Shown here one piece after another: positions 60,209-64,000 of a stretch of DNA of 64,000 bases. The number at the start of each line of letters is the position of its first letter. Position 1 is the first letter of the stretch. The notes below the pieces were generated by a model. It had not been told where the DNA came from. It worked only from the letters and a program-made list of their open reading frames with translations, and searched no databases. This DNA is from Podarcis filfolensis (Eukaryota). A program made the position numbers and the translations under genes. The DNA lies in the NCBI GenBank assembly GCA_964270895.1, contig OZ185444.1, one strand, 5' to 3'.

Positions 60209-63200
60209 GACAGATTTATGGATCTAATACCAAATATGGTTTCTGAAAGTGTTAAAAGTGCTAGGCAGCAGGGCTCTGGGGGAAAAACCTGCCTTATTAA
60301 ATCCTGTAGATGTATTCTTTCTCTGCTTACACCGGATATCAACACAAGGCATGGTCTACTTTTCTGAAGTTTTGTCTTATATAACATGAGTCTTGCCTTG
60401 CTTTAAGTCATAAAGTTACGTACTTTCGGGAATGTTATCTGCCCTCAGCTATGGTATACTGACCTATAGTGCATAGCTTGATAGGTTCTTTCTATGAATG
60501 GGGAATTGAAATTGGTCTTATTCTGCTCATTTTCCCCCATTCATTTATGATAAATCCACTAGCCAGCTTAAACATTATTTGATACTTCAGTTATGACACT
60601 TATTTAAATGACAATGCAAATATTCCATTTATCAGAACTCTGGATATTCTTCATTATGTTCAGAAACTGGATTATATTATTTTCCCATTACACTTGTTAA
60701 AACTAGTTTTATTTGAAATCTCTGCTAATAAAAGTTTGACACATTAGATGCTATTCTTCTGTACCCATGTAAGTGGCAGTAGGGTTGAGGCTAATCAAAG
60801 TATAACAGGACTCCCACATATTTTCTACAGAATTGTTTGACATTCTAGTTTGAGCCTAGAAAAGGTTTTAGCAGGCTGCATTTCTTCTGTACAAAGCAGC
60901 AGAAAAAGTCCAACTATTAAGTGGTACTAATCCGTATGCTTCATTGACCATTCATGCAGTAGGTTTTTGCAGACTGTTAGGATGTGCTTTGGAATTAAGG
61001 TATAGAAAACACAGTTCACGCTCAATAAGGTACTATCTGTATAAACAGTTGTTAGATTGACTCTGGGATTTGTCCTGTTTGCAATGCTGTTTATTTTATG
61101 ACCTAGCATTGCTCAAATGCAATTGAGTTGGACCCCTCTGCCACCAAGTACTATTCACCTTGTCCGTGAGATTCCTTAGTTTTTATTAAATTATTGCATA
61201 AACGAAAGGTGGTTTTAGAAAATCATTTATTTTATCCAGAAAGCTACCTAAGGGTTTTCATTTTATTTTTAGGTAGCCTCTATGCAATAGTAGCTAGATG
61301 AGTATAAAGGAACATTTAATGGATTGAGCTTTATGTTGGGAAAAGCTAATGTACATTGAGGTAGAATAGAAGGGCAAATGTAAGGCTAAAACCATATATT
61401 AGATCCAGCCCATCAAGGTGTTTGACATAGCCCACCAACCCCCTATAGGCAGCAAGCTTCTTGAAGAAAACTAGCAGCAAAGCAGCTTGTAGGAAAAACA
61501 AAAAGCCAAAAGGGAAGAAAACCATCTAGTTGTCAGTAACGAGAATACAGTTCTGAACGATGCTACTGTTGTAACAGTCAAAGAAGCTGGGCAGAAAATT
61601 GGTGCCCATGCTCATTGAAAGATGTGTCCTGAGCGTCTGGACTGACAACATGTTTCATTGTCTGTCTGAAAGGCTTCAGATTCTGTGTTGCATAGGCACA
61701 GACCATGAAGACCTATGTATAATTATGAACAGGCCAACTCCTTATCAATACTTTTAAAATGCCTTTTGAGAAGCAGAGAGGTCCCTGCATTGCAGAATCA
61801 ATTATACTACAAAAGTATTAATATTTAGTATGTATAATTTTTGGCATGGAGTTACTTGAGTGCTTTGGTTGTTCTATAAAGAATGGTGTTTTGCTTAGGT
61901 ATCGACTGGAAGTTTAAATAAAAAACCAATAGCTGATGGGCTGTTTTAAAATGATACATTTTCAAAACTGAATAGGGTAAGGAAGTCCTTCCCCCCCCCA
62001 GGCCACTTGCAGAGAAGGAAATGCTTCACTTGCTGGATTTCTGTTTATGTAGCTCTTAAAGGCACTGAAACTGCAGCCACAACATTAAAACCCTCTTAAC
62101 TGAACTACTATCTCTCAGGGTACAGGCCAAGATAGAGTTAGATCAGTCTTGCCACAGTAGTCCATTGAAAATGTAACTGATTCTTATTAAATCTGAAATA
62201 GCTTAGAATTGCCATTTTTTCTTGCTCATCTTTAACCCTTTTCCTCTGCTTTTGGTGGAACCTTGCCTGTTTTTCCCTTTAGTTTTGTTCTTGGTCTCTG
62301 CTTTTCTTTCTCTACAGATGTTCTCTTGTCCTATTTCTCTTTGCCCCTCCTGCTTCCTTTGCACAAACATGTTTCATTTACAGACGGGTCTTGTCCTAAA
62401 ACTGTGGGGTGGGTAACCTTTGTTGGGGTCCAACTCCCATCAACCCCAGCCAGCATGCCCAGTAATCAGGGTTCAGACACCTGCACCCACAATGACACAA
62501 TAGGCACCTGATGTGCTCAGAGGATGACTTTTAACAAATTGGTTCAAGCTCTTAGAACTTAACTAGTTGCTATGCTTAATTCTCTTTCATGGTGTTTTTT
62601 TAAATTGGGACATTGGGTTCTTTTAAGATGGTAGGGTTTTTTTTTGTAGCAGATAGGTTAACTGTTCGCTGTACTGGCCAACAAAGAAAAGAAAATATAG
62701 TACCCTTCTAGCTGAACAGTAGAAAACAGGCTGCAAATGAAGACATTTTGCTACTTAACATCAAATATTCATAGGCAATGCGTTTTGTGTTTAATAAAAT
62801 ATGTAGTCTTTATCTAGGTATCTCACTTATGTTGGGTGGCTATCAGTTCAAGGACTAGTAAGATTACAGTAATTAAGACAAATGTCTATGCTCAAGTTTC
62901 TGCCTTGTGTGCAAATAATCAGGGGACCTGCTGTGTTAAAAGGTCCTGAAAAAAGGGCTCTAACCATTATTTTTTGGGTTCTTCATGCAGAGAGAGTGCC
63001 TATTAAACTAGAGTATACAAAAGTCTTTTTCCTATCACCCCAGATAACTTTGAGAAGAAAGTGAATTAGGGACTTAATGCTTATTTTTATGTGAGCATGA
63101 GACATGCATTTTTCTGTGGCATTTGAGAATCTCTGCACAGACAGCTTCGCTGTATTCAGTTCTCCCCTCCCAGCCCTTTCTCTTGGGGTGGTGGAGTGCT

Positions 63201-64000
63201 TGAATTCCCTCTCTACGGGGAAACTTTATACAGTTCTCTGTGTACTTCAGAGTTGGAAGGATAGAAGACGAGAGAGGTTTTTGTATAAGCAATAACTTCC
63301 CTCCATAATTCACACTAGGGCAAGTCACCCAAAACTCCAAAATCCTATTTCCAGAGGGCCGGGAGAGCAAGGGTTTGTGTCTCTTGCTCAAAGATACCCC
63401 TCAGCTATCTCTGCATTTTAAAAAAAAAAATATTAGGAGCTTCACACTAACCGGTTCACTTTCACAGCACTTTTTTTGTTGGGAGGCAGATGTCCTCCAA
63501 CAGACATCACAATGTAAGTCTGTCCCTCATGCTGGTTAGGAAGCGCTGAAGAATTCAGGAGGATTTCCCCCCCCCACACACACAGAGCAGCAGGCAGTTA
63601 AAAAAATTAAGCTCTTACCAATAAAAAAACCTTTTGCTTTGCTTATACAAAACAAATCACAGCCCACAGTACTCCTAAGTTTCACTTACACAGCTTCACT
63701 TCTTACATAGCCTATGGTCCTAAAGAAACAGATAAAAGACAAATAGAGCAACACAAGATTTTGTGAGGGCACTATCAGATTTGGGGTGTTTTATTGATAC
63801 AGTAGAGAGGGGTAATAATTTGCTAGTTATTCTTCCCCTAGCACTGAGCAGTTGCACACACTGAATAAATATCTTGTTGCTTCTCCCCAGGACCTAGTGA
63901 CTGAGTAGGTAATATGGTTTACCAAATGGAGGTAGGAAGCAGAGTTGTATTTTGCTCTCTGCAGGACTTTTCAGTTCAGAGGGGAAAGCAAAGTTCTACA

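Noticed and set aside
60400-64000. USP44 3' coding exon, expected downstream of METAP2 from human synteny
   Set aside because: No USP-family coding motif was found on either strand; at most, untranslated sequence could be present.

Overview
Vertebrate genomic DNA, most likely a squamate lizard (Sauria SINEs, other squamate tRNA-derived SINEs, lacertid-like Tc1/mariner MITEs). Three spliced genes can be reconstructed by hand with consistent splice phases. (1) VEZT (vezatin), + strand: last 9 coding exons, 960-13140, including a U12 AT-AC intron (5378-6153). (2) An intact, roughly 860-875 aa C3orf20-like (FAM194-domain family) gene on the - strand: ATG at 40709, 15 phase-matched coding exons down to 19650, terminal exon unresolved, with its own AT-AC intron (34628-32622). 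(3) METAP2, + strand: complete, 11 exons, 45871-59832, 480 aa, with a GC-AG intron 2. The C3orf20-like gene and METAP2 are head-to-head across a CpG island. The best leads are the C3orf20-like gene (possibly a 2R ohnolog with no annotated human counterpart at this locus), the two AT-AC introns in neighbouring convergent genes, and a Penelope-type minimal hammerhead ribozyme motif in METAP2 intron 10. Homology calls come from remembered protein sequences; no database search was run. Nothing prokaryotic (CRISPR, operons) is present.
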